In this document: piece after piece, positions 30,556 through 40,965 of the stretch
How the letters are laid out: the number at the start of each line of letters is the position of its first letter
How positions within the stretch are numbered: position 1 is the first letter of the stretch
Translations under genes and position numbers: made by a program
Assembly: GCA_947444925.1 (NCBI GenBank)
Contig: CANFBW010000002.1
Span: 64,396 to 128,395, forward strand
Reading direction: 5' to 3'
Length of the DNA stretch: 64,000 nt
Source: Flavobacteriales bacterium
GTDB lineage: Bacteria; Bacteroidota; Bacteroidia; Flavobacteriales_C; GCA-002722245
Notes under the pieces: model-generated
Told to the model about the DNA's origin: nothing
Database searches by the model: none
Seen by the model: the letters and a program-made list of their open reading frames with translations, nothing else

Positions 30556-30833
30556 TAATTTTTAACGAATTCATGGTTAATGCTGCCCTTGTTGCCATTT
30601 CTCTTAATTTAAAGGAGGCGCGCACAAGGAGAAATCAATTGCTCTATGATTCGACTGAAGCGTCGCGTGAATGGCGCTAAATTTAGCGTTTGATAACGAT
30701 GGGGTCGTGCGGTCGGTTCCTTTAAATTGGAATTAGCCATATGGAGAATTTGCTTCCATATGATTTCAAGAGCAAGTGAAGGTCATATCCAATGTGTCGC
30801 CGAATCGCACAGAATGAAGAAATTTGTGGTCAA

Positions 30834-31640
30834 TTATTTTGCGACTGCAAGGAAATTGATGGTGATAAAGATTTCGTAGGTTTCTTTGTACACGGGCATT
30901 TCAAATAATCCGTTTTTCAAAACTCTGTAGATGGTGTAGTTGTCTTTTAAGAGGTAGAAAAAATCTTGAAAATAGGTTCTTGAATCAATGTTGCAGCCAC
31001 CAAATTCGAATTGAATAAAGTTTATTTTTTTGTCAGAGATCATTTTTTTTGCACCCTTCAAAGCCTCAAACTCATGCCCTTCAATGTCAAGTTTTAAAAA
31101 GTGAATTCTGTCGATGTTGTTTTTGGCGCAGTATGCGTCTACCGTCGATAATTTAATTTCTTCAGTATTGTCAAAAGCAATTCCAAAGTGATCTAACTTG
31201 CGGTGGTAAACCGAAGCCATACCTGATCCGTCGGAATTTGAGTAAAGTAACTGTGTGTTTTCAACATCACTTAAACCTAAATTATTTGAGATGAGATTGT
31301 GCACATGTTTAGTGTTTTTTAAAAAGTCGTTGTAAGTTATTACAGAAGGCTCGAAGGAGTGAATGTGTGCATTTGTATTAAATACTTTAGAAAGTTCATT
31401 GCAGTATTGTCCTATGTTGGCACCAACGTCAAAGATGGTGATTGAGGGCTCTTTTTTTAAAGCTGCAGCAACATGTTTCATTGCAAAAATCTCGCCGCCA
31501 TTTTCTAAGTCTCCACCGTTGCCGTAATTCATGTTACTCAAGGTGATGCTGTTGATGGTTTCCCAAAATTTTTGATCTTTTGTTTTAAGAGACAATCGAT
31601 ACAGGATGGACAATATTGCTTTTTTTATGAAATTTTTCAT
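30834..31640 (-). CDS. FkbM-family methyltransferase
   Basis: FDVGANIG, SFEP, LKLDIEGHE, IQFEFG. Confidence 0.92.
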   Translation of the reverse strand: MKNFIKKAILSILYRLSLKTKDQKFWETINSITLSNMNYGNGGDLENGGEIFAMKHVAAALKKEPSITIFDVGANIGQYCNELSKVFNTNAHIHSFEPSVITYNDFLKNTKHVHNLISNNLGLSDVENTQLLYSNSDGSGMASVYHRKLDHFGIAFDNTEEIKLSTVDAYCAKNNIDRIHFLKLDIEGHEFEALKGAKKMISDKKINFIQFEFGGCNIDSRTYFQDFFYLLKDNYTIYRVLKNGLFEMPVYKETYEIFITINFLAVAK

Positions 31641-31821
31641 TTATGATGATTCAATGCGTGAACTAATTCTTTGTATGCAAAAATAGTATTTTTTGAGTGT
31701 AAATTGTACTTAATCAGCTTTAAGTACTTCCGAAGTAGTTTTTTAATGATATTTTTTTTACTTTAAAACCTTAACCAACTAAAGTTGTTCTGCTCGGGAC
31801 AAAATTCACAATCTAAACCAG

Positions 31822-33975
31822 ATGAGAATATTCATACTTTACATAGGGCTTTGCCTATGTTTTACAACGGCGCATTTGTGCGCACAAGCCCCTCTTGCCA
31901 GGTTTGGAAAAATTAAATTGGTGGGTAATCAGCTTAGTTCTGAATGCGGCACAGCTATTCAATTGAGAGGCATTTCTTCATTTGGTCCGCAGTTCAATCC
32001 CAATTGCTACAACAACAATTCGTTGGATGCAATTGCCAACGATTGGCATGCTGATGTTTTTCGTATTGCCATGTATGTAAATGAAGGTGGTTATTTGAGC
32101 GATTCATCGTACTGGAAATCATGGATAGACAATCAAGTGGACGAGTGTGTGAAACGCGGTATTTACTGCATTATTGACTGGCATATTTTAGGGGTTGATG
32201 GTGATCCAAATTTGGTGCTTCCCTATGCCAAATCTTTTTGGAATTATATGTCGAAGAAGCACGCTGGCAAGAAAAATGTGCTTTATGAAATATGCAACGA
32301 ACCCAATGAACGATTTCGCTATGGAAATGCAGCGAATGAAAAGGATGTGAATTGGGCGCGCATCAAGCAGTATGCTGAAATTGTCATTCCCATCATACGT
32401 AAGAATGATCCTGAGACCATGATTATTGTGGGCACACCCTACTGGAGCAATCGCCCATGGCGCGTTGTTGCTAATCCATTGACGGGAGCCAATGCTCACA
32501 ACACGATGTATACTTTTCATTACTATGCTGGAACGGCACAGCACAATTTGAATTTAGATACGGTGAAAACCATTCTCGATAAAATCCCTGTTTTTGCTAC
32601 AGAAGCTGGTTTGAGCGAAGAAAGTGGAACGGGTGTGGTTGATGTTAATGCTGCGCAAAATTTCGCCAATGTCCTGGGCGGCAACAATCCAGCGGGCATT
32701 AAAGTGAGTTGGTGTATTTGGAGTTTTGTTGACAAAAATGAATCGTCGGCTTTGCTTACGCCAAGCAGTTGCACCAACGGCACTTGGAACAGCAGATCTG
32801 CCGCTGGGAATGAAACCTACGACATATTGAATACGCCTGCAAAAGATGGTAGTACTTGTTTTCCTGAGCCAGTGATTTCGGTGCAACCTCAAAGCACCGT
32901 GGTGAAGTCAGGGGCCAGTACTTCAATGGTTGTTGTGGCTTCAGGCGAACAACTTCAGTATTTGTGGCAGAAGAGTGCCGACGGTATCGTTTGGACAGAC
33001 ATTGTTAATTCCAACAATGACAGCCTAACGATCAATGTTGCCACTATTTCTAATGAAGGGTATTATCGCGTGGAAGTTAGTAATTTCGTGGGTTATGTTT
33101 TTAGTCAAAAAGCATTTTTAAATTTTTATGAGAATGGCCCCTATTTCGGCACAGCATTAAATATACCCGGAAAAATTGAAGCAGAGAATTATGATATTGG
33201 TGGCCAAAATGTATCTTACTATGATTCATCGCCGGGCAATACCGGCAATGCTTACCGCAGTGACGATGTTGATATTCAAAGCACCACCGACAGCTTAGGA
33301 GGTTATGGAACGGGTTATTGGGTGAATGGCGAATGGTTGGAGTTTTCGGTGAATGTTTTGACTAGCGCTTCTTATGACTTTTATTTTCGTGTTGGTTCTG
33401 CTTTGGCAGGTACCAAGTTTGAAATAATTCTTGATGGCAACGTACTTATCTCACAAGTAAATGTGCCCAATTTAAACAGTTGGAGTCTATTGCGTACTGT
33501 TGCTGTGAAGGGAATTAATCTAACCAAAGGCAATAAAAAATTGAGAGTGCGCGCATTGAGCGATGGGTTTAATTTGAATTATTTTGAAGTCATTGGCCCC
33601 TTGTTCGATTGTAACTTACAGCTGAATGGAAGCGCCACCATCGACGCTTGTGGCAATTGTGCGGGCGGTAACACTGGCCTGCTTCCGAAAACCGATGCGA
33701 ACAAGTGCTACGATGTGTTGACAGGAATAACCACTGTTGGCGTTGGAGCAGAAAATGTGTTGCTTTACCCCAATCCATTTGAAGAACATTTTTTTTTGCG
33801 AACGAGTGCTTTGGTTGATATTGAAATATTTGACCTTTATGGGAAATCAGTTTTTTGTCAAGCACATGTAGGGTCTACTGTCGTTGCGTTTCCAGCTACA
33901 CTGGCGTCGGGGGTGTATTTTGTGCATTATACTTCTTTGGAAGGAAAAGGCGTACAAAAAATCGAAAAAAGATAG
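31822..33975 (+). CDS. GH5 (subfamily 2-like) endoglucanase with Ig-like domain, CBM6-like module and T9SS type-A CTD
   Basis: IIDWH, EICNEP (acid/base), FHYYA, FATEAG (nucleophile); IEAENYD..GEWLEF..NLNY; YPNP..G.Y..KIEKR. Confidence 0.88.
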   Translation: MRIFILYIGLCLCFTTAHLCAQAPLARFGKIKLVGNQLSSECGTAIQLRGISSFGPQFNPNCYNNNSLDAIANDWHADVFRIAMYVNEGGYLSDSSYWKSWIDNQVDECVKRGIYCIIDWHILGVDGDPNLVLPYAKSFWNYMSKKHAGKKNVLYEICNEPNERFRYGNAANEKDVNWARIKQYAEIVIPIIRKNDPETMIIVGTPYWSNRPWRVVANPLTGANAHNTMYTFHYYAGTAQHNLNLDTVKTILDKIPVFATEAGLSEESGTGVVDVNAAQNFANVLGGNNPAGIKVSWCIWSFVDKNESSALLTPSSCTNGTWNSRSAAGNETYDILNTPAKDGSTCFPEPVISVQPQSTVVKSGASTSMVVVASGEQLQYLWQKSADGIVWTDIVNSNNDSLTINVATISNEGYYRVEVSNFVGYVFSQKAFLNFYENGPYFGTALNIPGKIEAENYDIGGQNVSYYDSSPGNTGNAYRSDDVDIQSTTDSLGGYGTGYWVNGEWLEFSVNVLTSASYDFYFRVGSALAGTKFEIILDGNVLISQVNVPNLNSWSLLRTVAVKGINLTKGNKKLRVRALSDGFNLNYFEVIGPLFDCNLQLNGSATIDACGNCAGGNTGLLPKTDANKCYDVLTGITTVGVGAENVLLYPNPFEEHFFLRTSALVDIEIFDLYGKSVFCQAHVGSTVVAFPATLASGVYFVHYTSLEGKGVQKIEKR

Positions 33976-33978
33976 CAA

Positions 33979-34737
33979 TTAAACACGTTTTTTTTTAGTC
34001 CAAAATCTCAGTAAAAAAAAGGTGTTTGACGAAAAATAGTAGCCACTTACTTTTTTTTTGAAAGAGCGCAAACTTGTTTTTGGTGTCACTTCGATTCTTC
34101 GAATTTGAAAGGGATCTTCGCTGAAAAAGGACGCTCCTTTGTTGGTGGATACAGCGAACTTGTAGCCAGCATCTTGAGTCGTTTTTTTGATAAGTTTATT
34201 GCATGCGCCAAAAGGATAGGAAAAGGAAATGACCTGTGTTTCAAGAAGATTTTCTATGTCTTTTCTTGACCCTTCGATTTCGCGTTTTATTTCTGTTGCC
34301 CTGCAAAGTAATAGATTGGGATGTGTTTGGGTGTGCGCACCGAATTCGATGCCGTAATTTCTCATTTCAATAGCCTGTGTTTTGTTGAGAAGTGCTACTG
34401 CAGGCTCCCCTTCAGCGTTGCTCCAAGTGTTGTTTGTGGTTTTGGATACGCAAAAAATAATTGCTTTAAAATCGTATTTTTTTAAGATTGGAAACGCAAT
34501 GTCGAAGTTGTCTACGTATCCATCATCAAAGGTTAATATTACTTTTTTGTTTAGGTTTTGTATAGGGTCTTTTTGCAAATCTTCAAAGGTGATACATTGG
34601 AAATTTTGTTGATGCAGATAAAGCATTTGTTTTTCAAATTCTTTTTCCCAAACGTATATTTTGTGTTTGCCAATGGCGCAATTTTGGTTGACAATGCGGT
34701 GGTAAAGGAGAACGGGCAATTGATAGTTCGTTGGCAT
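33979..34737 (-). CDS. Polysaccharide deacetylase (CE4)
   Basis: VLLYHRI, LTFDDGY, GAHTQTH, FSYPFG. Confidence 0.9.
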   Translation of the reverse strand: MPTNYQLPVLLYHRIVNQNCAIGKHKIYVWEKEFEKQMLYLHQQNFQCITFEDLQKDPIQNLNKKVILTFDDGYVDNFDIAFPILKKYDFKAIIFCVSKTTNNTWSNAEGEPAVALLNKTQAIEMRNYGIEFGAHTQTHPNLLLCRATEIKREIEGSRKDIENLLETQVISFSYPFGACNKLIKKTTQDAGYKFAVSTNKGASFFSEDPFQIRRIEVTPKTSLRSFKKKVSGYYFSSNTFFLLRFWTKKKRV

Positions 34738-34810
34738 ACTTTTTTAAAGGATGAATTTGTTGCACATGGTTAAATTTTAGTGCCAGTAGTCATCTCAAAA
34801 AAAGTATAAC

Positions 34811-35692
34811 ATGAAAGTATCTGGTTTTTCTTTTATTAAAAATGCATTGAAATACGACTACCCAATTAGGGAGGCTATTTTATCCATCTTGCCCATTTGT
34901 GATGAATTTGTAATCGCGGTTGGAGAATCAGACGATGATACTTTGAATTACATCGAATCCATTAACTCCCCAAAAATAAAAATATTAAAAACCGTTTGGG
35001 ATGAAACATTGCGTGAGGCAGGGTGTGTACTGGCTGAGGAGAGCAATAAAGCATTTAGGGCCATTGACGAGGACAGTGATTGGGCATTTTACGTGCAAGG
35101 CGACGAGGTTTTTCACGAAAATGATTTGCTCAAAATTAAAAATGCAATGATACAATACAAGTACGACAGCGAAATTGACGGATTGCTTTTCGATCACTTA
35201 AATTTTTACGGTTCGTACGATTACTATGCAGATTCACGGCATTGGCAGAAAAAGGAAATACGGGTGGTGAGGAACAATAAAAATATTTATTCATATAAGG
35301 ACGCCATGAGTTTTCGTCAGGGCAAAAACAGAAAATTAAATGTGGCATATGTTGATGCCTGCATTTATCATTACGGTTGGGTAAAAAAGCCGAGCGCAAT
35401 GCAACAGAAGCAAGTAGCGTTTCAAAAGTTATGGCACAGCGATGAATGGCTTGCTGAAAACACAAGTGCTGCTGAGGAGTTTGACTTTACGAATGCTGAT
35501 TCTGTGGCACTTTTCAATGGCTCGCATCCTAAGGTAATGCACGAGCGCATTGCGCAAATGAATTGGCAATTTTCTTTTAATCCTAGTAGAGCTAAAAAGG
35601 AATCACTTCGTCGGCGCGTTCTAAATAAGATTTATAAAAGCACGGGCTTGCACATTGGGGAATTCAAAAATTATTTGTTGCTGCGCAAATAG
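34811..35692 (+). CDS. Glycosyltransferase family 2
   Basis: MKVSGFSFIKNA..YDYP..SILP.CDEFV, YVQGDEV, YHYGWVK. Confidence 0.85.
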   Translation: MKVSGFSFIKNALKYDYPIREAILSILPICDEFVIAVGESDDDTLNYIESINSPKIKILKTVWDETLREAGCVLAEESNKAFRAIDEDSDWAFYVQGDEVFHENDLLKIKNAMIQYKYDSEIDGLLFDHLNFYGSYDYYADSRHWQKKEIRVVRNNKNIYSYKDAMSFRQGKNRKLNVAYVDACIYHYGWVKKPSAMQQKQVAFQKLWHSDEWLAENTSAAEEFDFTNADSVALFNGSHPKVMHERIAQMNWQFSFNPSRAKKESLRRRVLNKIYKSTGLHIGEFKNYLLLRK

Positions 35693-35693
35693 C

Positions 35694-36674
35694 CTAATTT
35701 TTTTCAGCTTTGCCAATGGTCGTTATTTGCCATACAACTACTGCTGCAAGTGCTGTTGAGATAAGTAAAACAAGATTGTTTTGATCGGGAATTTCATCGG
35801 TCATTGAGCCTGTTTTGTAGGCGACCACGATGGCCAGGCTGTTATTGAGCGCGTGCGCAAGCATGGAGCTGCGGATATCTTTGCTCCAATAGTACAAATA
35901 GCCCAAAACGAGTCCCAGGAGTAGTCGAACGAAAAATCCATAAAATTGAAAATGAATCAAACTAAAAAGGGTTGCGCCTACAAAAATGGCAAGGTGCGTG
36001 TTCATTTTACTTTGTAATAAAATGTTTTGCAAGCCAGCTCTAAAAACCAATTCTTCAGCAATGGCGGTCACTACACCAATGAAAAGAACCATTAAAGTAA
36101 GTTCGCCTAGCGAATGAATATCAGTAAAACTCAACGTATAAATTCCGCTTTGAATTTCAGGGGCCAACAACCAATTTTGCAAGCTTTGCCATGGAATGTA
36201 AATGTTGCGATTCCATTCGCCAATAAGTCCGACCAAGGGCATCACTAAAAGCAGGAGAACTGCTGATAAAGCATACATTTTTAAATTGGCTGGACGAGAC
36301 GCAATAATCGAGAGCGGTTTTTTGTATACAATCCAGAGAAAAATACTTCCCGCTGTGAGTAATGAAAGTTGATTGCTCAAAATCAAGAACCATTTTGCAT
36401 AGACCATGTGTTGGTAGTTGGGGAGGTATTGCGGCAGTAAATCAAAGCCATATTTTGCTGCTTCATCAGGACTCAGCCCGCTGTTCATACTTATTTTTGT
36501 CAGCTCCTCAATGATTTCATTGACCGCGTTTAAGTCGGCGCCTGAGAAATCAAAGCACCATTGAAAGATGCCCATAATCAGCAAAGGAACGAGTACTAAG
36601 GCTGCTGTGCTGATAGCAACAAGTAAAGCCAGTTTTACCCAAGTGGAGCTATTTTCGAAGAAAGGTCGATTCAT
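35694..36674 (-). CDS. CPBP/CAAX intramembrane metalloprotease
   Basis: AEELVFRA, FSLIHFQ, HALNN; likely ATG at 36674. Confidence 0.88.
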   Translation of the reverse strand: MNRPFFENSSTWVKLALLVAISTAALVLVPLLIMGIFQWCFDFSGADLNAVNEIIEELTKISMNSGLSPDEAAKYGFDLLPQYLPNYQHMVYAKWFLILSNQLSLLTAGSIFLWIVYKKPLSIIASRPANLKMYALSAVLLLLVMPLVGLIGEWNRNIYIPWQSLQNWLLAPEIQSGIYTLSFTDIHSLGELTLMVLFIGVVTAIAEELVFRAGLQNILLQSKMNTHLAIFVGATLFSLIHFQFYGFFVRLLLGLVLGYLYYWSKDIRSSMLAHALNNSLAIVVAYKTGSMTDEIPDQNNLVLLISTALAAVVVWQITTIGKAEKN

Positions 36675-36699
36675 TTTAAAATTCTCTATTTTTGCATTT

Positions 36700-37695
36700 A
36701 TGGTAAAGATAGGAAATATAGAGTTGCCCGATTTTTCGCTGCTGCTTGCGCCAATGGAAGATGTGAGTGACCCGCCATTTCGGATGCTGTGTAAAAAGCA
36801 CGGTGCTGACTTGATGTACACCGAGTTCATTTCTTCAGAAGGCTTGATTAGAGACGCATTTAAGAGTCGGCAGAAGTTAGATATTTACGAAGCAGAGCGT
36901 CCTATAGGGATACAAATTTTTGGTGGAGACATTGAAGCAATGGGCGAAGCAGCGGCTATTGTAGAGTCGGCGAATCCTGATTTGATTGATATTAATTTTG
37001 GTTGTCCTGTGAAAAAGGTTGTTTGTAAAGGTGGCGGAGCCGCTATATTGCAAGATATTCCAAAGATGGTTCGCCTGACAGAACAAATTGTGAAATCTAC
37101 CAATCTGCCAGTTACTGTTAAAACACGTTTGGGCTGGGATGAAAAATCAAAACACATTGTTGATGTTGCTGAGCGCTTGCAGGATATAGGCATTAAAGCC
37201 TTGTCGATTCACGGAAGAACGCGTGTGCAAATGTATAAGGGTGATGCGGATTGGACTTTAATTGGCGAGGTAAAAAACAATCCGCGCATGAAAATTCCAA
37301 TCTTTGGAAACGGCGATATTGATTCACCTGAAAAAGCAAAATTGTACAAGGAGCGTTATGGTGTCGATGGCATTATGATTGGTCGTGGTGCTATTGGTCA
37401 TCCCTGGATATTTGAGGAAGTAAAACATTTTTTGAAAACCGGCGAACACTTGCCTCCGCCAACGATTGAACAACGGGTAGAAGCTTGCAAATTTCACTTG
37501 CATCAATCCTTAAAATGGAAGGGTGAAAAATTGGGAGTGGTAGAAATGCGCCGTCATTACGCCAATTATTTTAAGGGCTATCCCAACATCAAAGATTACC
37601 GCTTAAGAATGTGCACATTGGATGATTCACAAGATGTGGAAGTGGTGTTGAACGAAGTGATGGTGAAGTATCAGGGGATGCACATCGAAGTATAG
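36700..37695 (+). CDS. dusB: tRNA-dihydrouridine synthase B
   Basis: LAPMEDVSD, INFGCP, HGRTR, GNGDI, MIGRGA; ATG at 36700. Confidence 0.95.
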   Translation: MVKIGNIELPDFSLLLAPMEDVSDPPFRMLCKKHGADLMYTEFISSEGLIRDAFKSRQKLDIYEAERPIGIQIFGGDIEAMGEAAAIVESANPDLIDINFGCPVKKVVCKGGGAAILQDIPKMVRLTEQIVKSTNLPVTVKTRLGWDEKSKHIVDVAERLQDIGIKALSIHGRTRVQMYKGDADWTLIGEVKNNPRMKIPIFGNGDIDSPEKAKLYKERYGVDGIMIGRGAIGHPWIFEEVKHFLKTGEHLPPPTIEQRVEACKFHLHQSLKWKGEKLGVVEMRRHYANYFKGYPNIKDYRLRMCTLDDSQDVEVVLNEVMVKYQGMHIEV

Positions 37696-37714
37696 CTTCA
37701 CGTCGAAATTCTGT

Positions 37715-39043
37715 TTACAATTTTATTTTAAGAAAGGCTTCGAAGGGCCTTCTGTGCAAAAATTTGTTGCTGTCCCAAAGCAGCGCGCACGCCATCACTA
37801 AAAATGGCATTGCCGGAATTTTGTAGCGCACAAGGGTGCCTATGATGGGTGTTACTACGCCTGATAGGGTGTACAAGATGAGCGTGAAGGAAGCAAAAAA
37901 AATGAGATAGGTGCTGGTGCGAGCGTCGGGTTTCTTGAACCAAAGTATTGTGATTAAGAAAACAAGGAACAGTAATGTGTTTTCTAAAGCCGACGCCAGC
38001 ACGACTGGTGAAAAAGGCTGCAGACCGTCCCAAATGAAAGGCCGAAGAAACGCATTGAACAAGCCTTCAGGCACCGCTGCAAAGAAGCTGCTGAAATTGT
38101 CGCGCAAATCATGGGTTTGCACCACACTGCCTGAATTCATCACTTGTGCCAATCCATAAAAGCTTTTTTTCTGCCATTGTAGTCCATTTAAAAAGGAATG
38201 AAAAGGACTGACGATGTGGAAGACGACCGCCGCTGCAATGAACATCAAATGAACGATGGCTGCTTTTAAAAATGGTTTTCTGTAGCCTTTTCTTTTGATC
38301 CAAAACAAGGAGATTAGGCCGGGAAGCAGCGCCACGGCCACATAAAATTTCACAAAAAACAAGCCAATAGAAGTGAGGGCGATGAGGGCGAAGTATTTCA
38401 AGGACTTGGGGCCATCTGACCAGCGTTCAAAGCCATAAACAAAGAGGCCCATAAGTAAAAATAAAAACCCTTCTTTCAATATTCCTGAGGACCAAAAAAT
38501 CACCGAAGGCAAAAGAAAGATCGCAGAAAACAAAAATGCTTTTTTGCCTATGAATAATTTTTCAAATGCCGAGAATAGAAACAATTTTCCAATCAAAGAC
38601 ATTAAGCAAAAAAAGAGAATGTGCACATAAAAATACCCGCCTGAAAATATCATCATCACGGCATTGATGCGGATCATTGTGCGGTTGTCGTTGTATAGGT
38701 ATTTGTTGTTGAGCACATACCAGTTGTACATTTTATCGTACACAGGTGTGAGTTGTGGTACTTCGCAGTGATAACCTGTGATCATGCGTAAATAATCGGT
38801 AGGTGATTCCCATAACAGTTGGTAAATGTGCACACTATCGTCAAAGTATTTGAATGTGTCGGCGAGATTTCTTTGCGGGTAGTACAGCGTGTATATCACA
38901 CTTAAAACAACGCCTGCTGCGACGTGCAGGGCGTATACCAACAAAATACTTCTGCGCTGCAAAGCAAATCGTCCAAAAAACGGAAGTTTCCAAATAGCAA
39001 GTGCTATTGCCAACAACCACGCTATGGTGCAAAAGATTTCCAT
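37715..39043 (-). CDS. Polytopic membrane protein, possibly GT-C/polymerase-like
   Basis: About 11 TM segments; ADTFKYF, PSVIFWSSGILKE, GTLVRYK. Confidence 0.65.
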   Translation of the reverse strand: MEIFCTIAWLLAIALAIWKLPFFGRFALQRRSILLVYALHVAAGVVLSVIYTLYYPQRNLADTFKYFDDSVHIYQLLWESPTDYLRMITGYHCEVPQLTPVYDKMYNWYVLNNKYLYNDNRTMIRINAVMMIFSGGYFYVHILFFCLMSLIGKLFLFSAFEKLFIGKKAFLFSAIFLLPSVIFWSSGILKEGFLFLLMGLFVYGFERWSDGPKSLKYFALIALTSIGLFFVKFYVAVALLPGLISLFWIKRKGYRKPFLKAAIVHLMFIAAAVVFHIVSPFHSFLNGLQWQKKSFYGLAQVMNSGSVVQTHDLRDNFSSFFAAVPEGLFNAFLRPFIWDGLQPFSPVVLASALENTLLFLVFLITILWFKKPDARTSTYLIFFASFTLILYTLSGVVTPIIGTLVRYKIPAMPFLVMACALLWDSNKFLHRRPFEAFLKIKL

Positions 39044-39045
39044 TT

Positions 39046-40778
39046 TTAAAATCCGATTTCTAGATCCAATTTGCTACGAAGTTGTTCGAGTAGCGGGTTT
39101 TTTTCCACCAGTTTTTTGTATTTGTCGGAAGAGGTGTACAGCCCTTTTTCTTCTGCTCCTTTTTCAATGAAGGTGCTGAGGTTGATGTCGAAATTGTTGA
39201 GTTTATTGCGCACGAAGGTGAGTAGTTCCGCTTTGATTTCTGATAGGTCGTGTTCCTGCGCTTTGTTGAAAATTTTAAGTTGTATGGTATTGCTGTCAAT
39301 CAGCGTTGGTGCGTTCTTCGTGAGCGTGGTATAAATATCGAGGTCAGTGTTTTTTACCAATTCAGCATATTCACTCCACGTTGCCAAAAGGTCAGCTTCA
39401 GTGAAAGCTTTGTTGCTGTAGTCGGTGCGCACTTCTACTTTTATTTCAGTGGGCTCTGGTTTTAGAATTTTGCTGATGTTGACCGACTTCATTGCGATTT
39501 TGGTGCGGTTGAGCGTTGGTCTTTTCTCGTCGGTATTTTCTTCAGACTTTGTTGCTGCTACTGCTGCACTGTTGGTGTTTGCGGCAGTACTTTCAGAAAC
39601 AATTGGTTTTTTAGCGAGTGGAGTAGCAGCCTGAATTTTAGGCAGTGGTATTCTCAGTTGGCGAAGCTTTTTTTTTTAAGATCAGATAGGTTTTCTGAAC
39701 ACAGTTTCAATAAGCACAGTTCTATCAGCAAACGCTTGTTTTTACTGGATTTGTATTGAATATCAGCTTCGTTGATAACTTGCAATCCGCAGAGCAAAAA
39801 ATCGTCGGAACACTTTGCGGTTTGTTCGAGATAAAGTGTTTTGTTTTTTTCGGATGTTTCAAGAATGGTCGTTGTAATGGCGTTTTTACACAACAGCAAG
39901 TTTCGGAAATGTTCGCCAAGTCCAAGGATGAAGTTGTGTTCGTCAAAACCTTTGGCCAATACTTCGTTGAGCAGCATTAAACTGTCGGGAATATTTTTGT
40001 CGAGTAAAAAATTGGTCGCTTTAAAATAGTAATCTGAATCGAGCACATTCAAGGTGCTGATGACCGCTTGGTAGGTCAGGTTCTTGTTTGAGAAAGTGAC
40101 CAGTTGATCAAAAATTGATAAAGCATCGCGCAATCCGCCGTCGGCTTTTTGCGCTATGATATGAAGAGCGTCGGCTTCGTAAGCGATGTTTTCTTGTTTT
40201 GCAATTTTTTCGAGGTGCTGCACGATGTCATTTACCGTTATTCTGTTGAATGAAAAAATCTGGCAACGCGAAAGGATGGTGGGCAGTATTTTGTGTTTCT
40301 CTGTGGTGGCCAATATAAATACGGCATGCGCCGGCGGTTCTTCCAATGTTTTCAAAAAGGCGTTGAACGCTGATTGAGAGAGCATGTGCACCTCATCTAT
40401 AATGTAGGCTTTCTTTGTTCCGATTTGCGGTGCAATGCGCACTTGATTGACCAAGTTACGGATATCGTCTACTGAGTTGTTGGATGCAGCATCGAGTTCA
40501 TATACATTGAGCGACTGCCCAGAATCAAAAGATTTGCAGGATTCACATTCATTGCAGGCCTCAATGTCTTTGGTGATGGATTGACAGTTGATGGTTTTTG
40601 CTAAAATTCGAGCGCAGGTGGTTTTTCCTGTTCCTCGCGGACCGCAAAATAAAAATGATTGCGCCACCTGATGGTTGCGAATGGCATTTTTTAACGTGGA
40701 TACAATGGAAGTTTGTCCAACTACCTGATCAAAGGTGGCTGGTCTGTATTTTCGTGCCGATACTACAAAGGATTCCAT
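39046..40778 (-). CDS. dnaX: DNA polymerase III gamma/tau; 374-aa in-frame product plus a -1 frame extension (~577 aa) across an A10 run
   Basis: ARKYRP, GPRGTGKTT, DAASNN, DEVHML, TILSRC. Frame 0 stops at 39654; the -1 frame is open from the A10 run to 39046 and ends KNP.L..L...LDLE. Confidence 0.9.
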
Positions 40779-40934
40779 GTGGAGGCAAATATAGGAAAGA
40801 GTTTAGAGTTCGCTGTATTGCACGAGGCTTGTTTTTAAACAATTTATAAAAAAGGGATTGCTATATTTGCAGTTCAGTGCAAAGTGCTTGAAAGCAACTA
40901 TTAACGAGTTCTTGTTAATAAACTTTTAAAAAGA

Positions 40935-40965
40935 TTTGGTTGTAACAAATTCTTTTGTATTTTTG
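40935..40965 (+). promoter_or_regulatory. Bacteroidota housekeeping promoter of the rpsF operon
   Basis: TTTG-N19-TATTTTTG consensus match. Confidence 0.7.

Noticed and set aside
30285-30680. ORFs 30285..30680 and 63429..63638 share KTET.FLLL.SNLRKT and PEVLRRIYRP
   Set aside because: The similarity is explained by the DNA palindrome. The central 37 nt is inverted between copies, which is incompatible with protein-level conservation.
36568-36830. Apparent long head-to-head overlap of the CPBP and dusB ORFs
   Set aside because: Artefact of maximal ORF calling; starts at 36674 and 36700 remove the overlap.
39046-39492. Independent 148-aa gene or dnaX pseudogene
   Set aside because: The frame stays open up to the A10 run and resembles a tau C-terminus. 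dnaX is essential, so recoding or a homopolymer error is more plausible.
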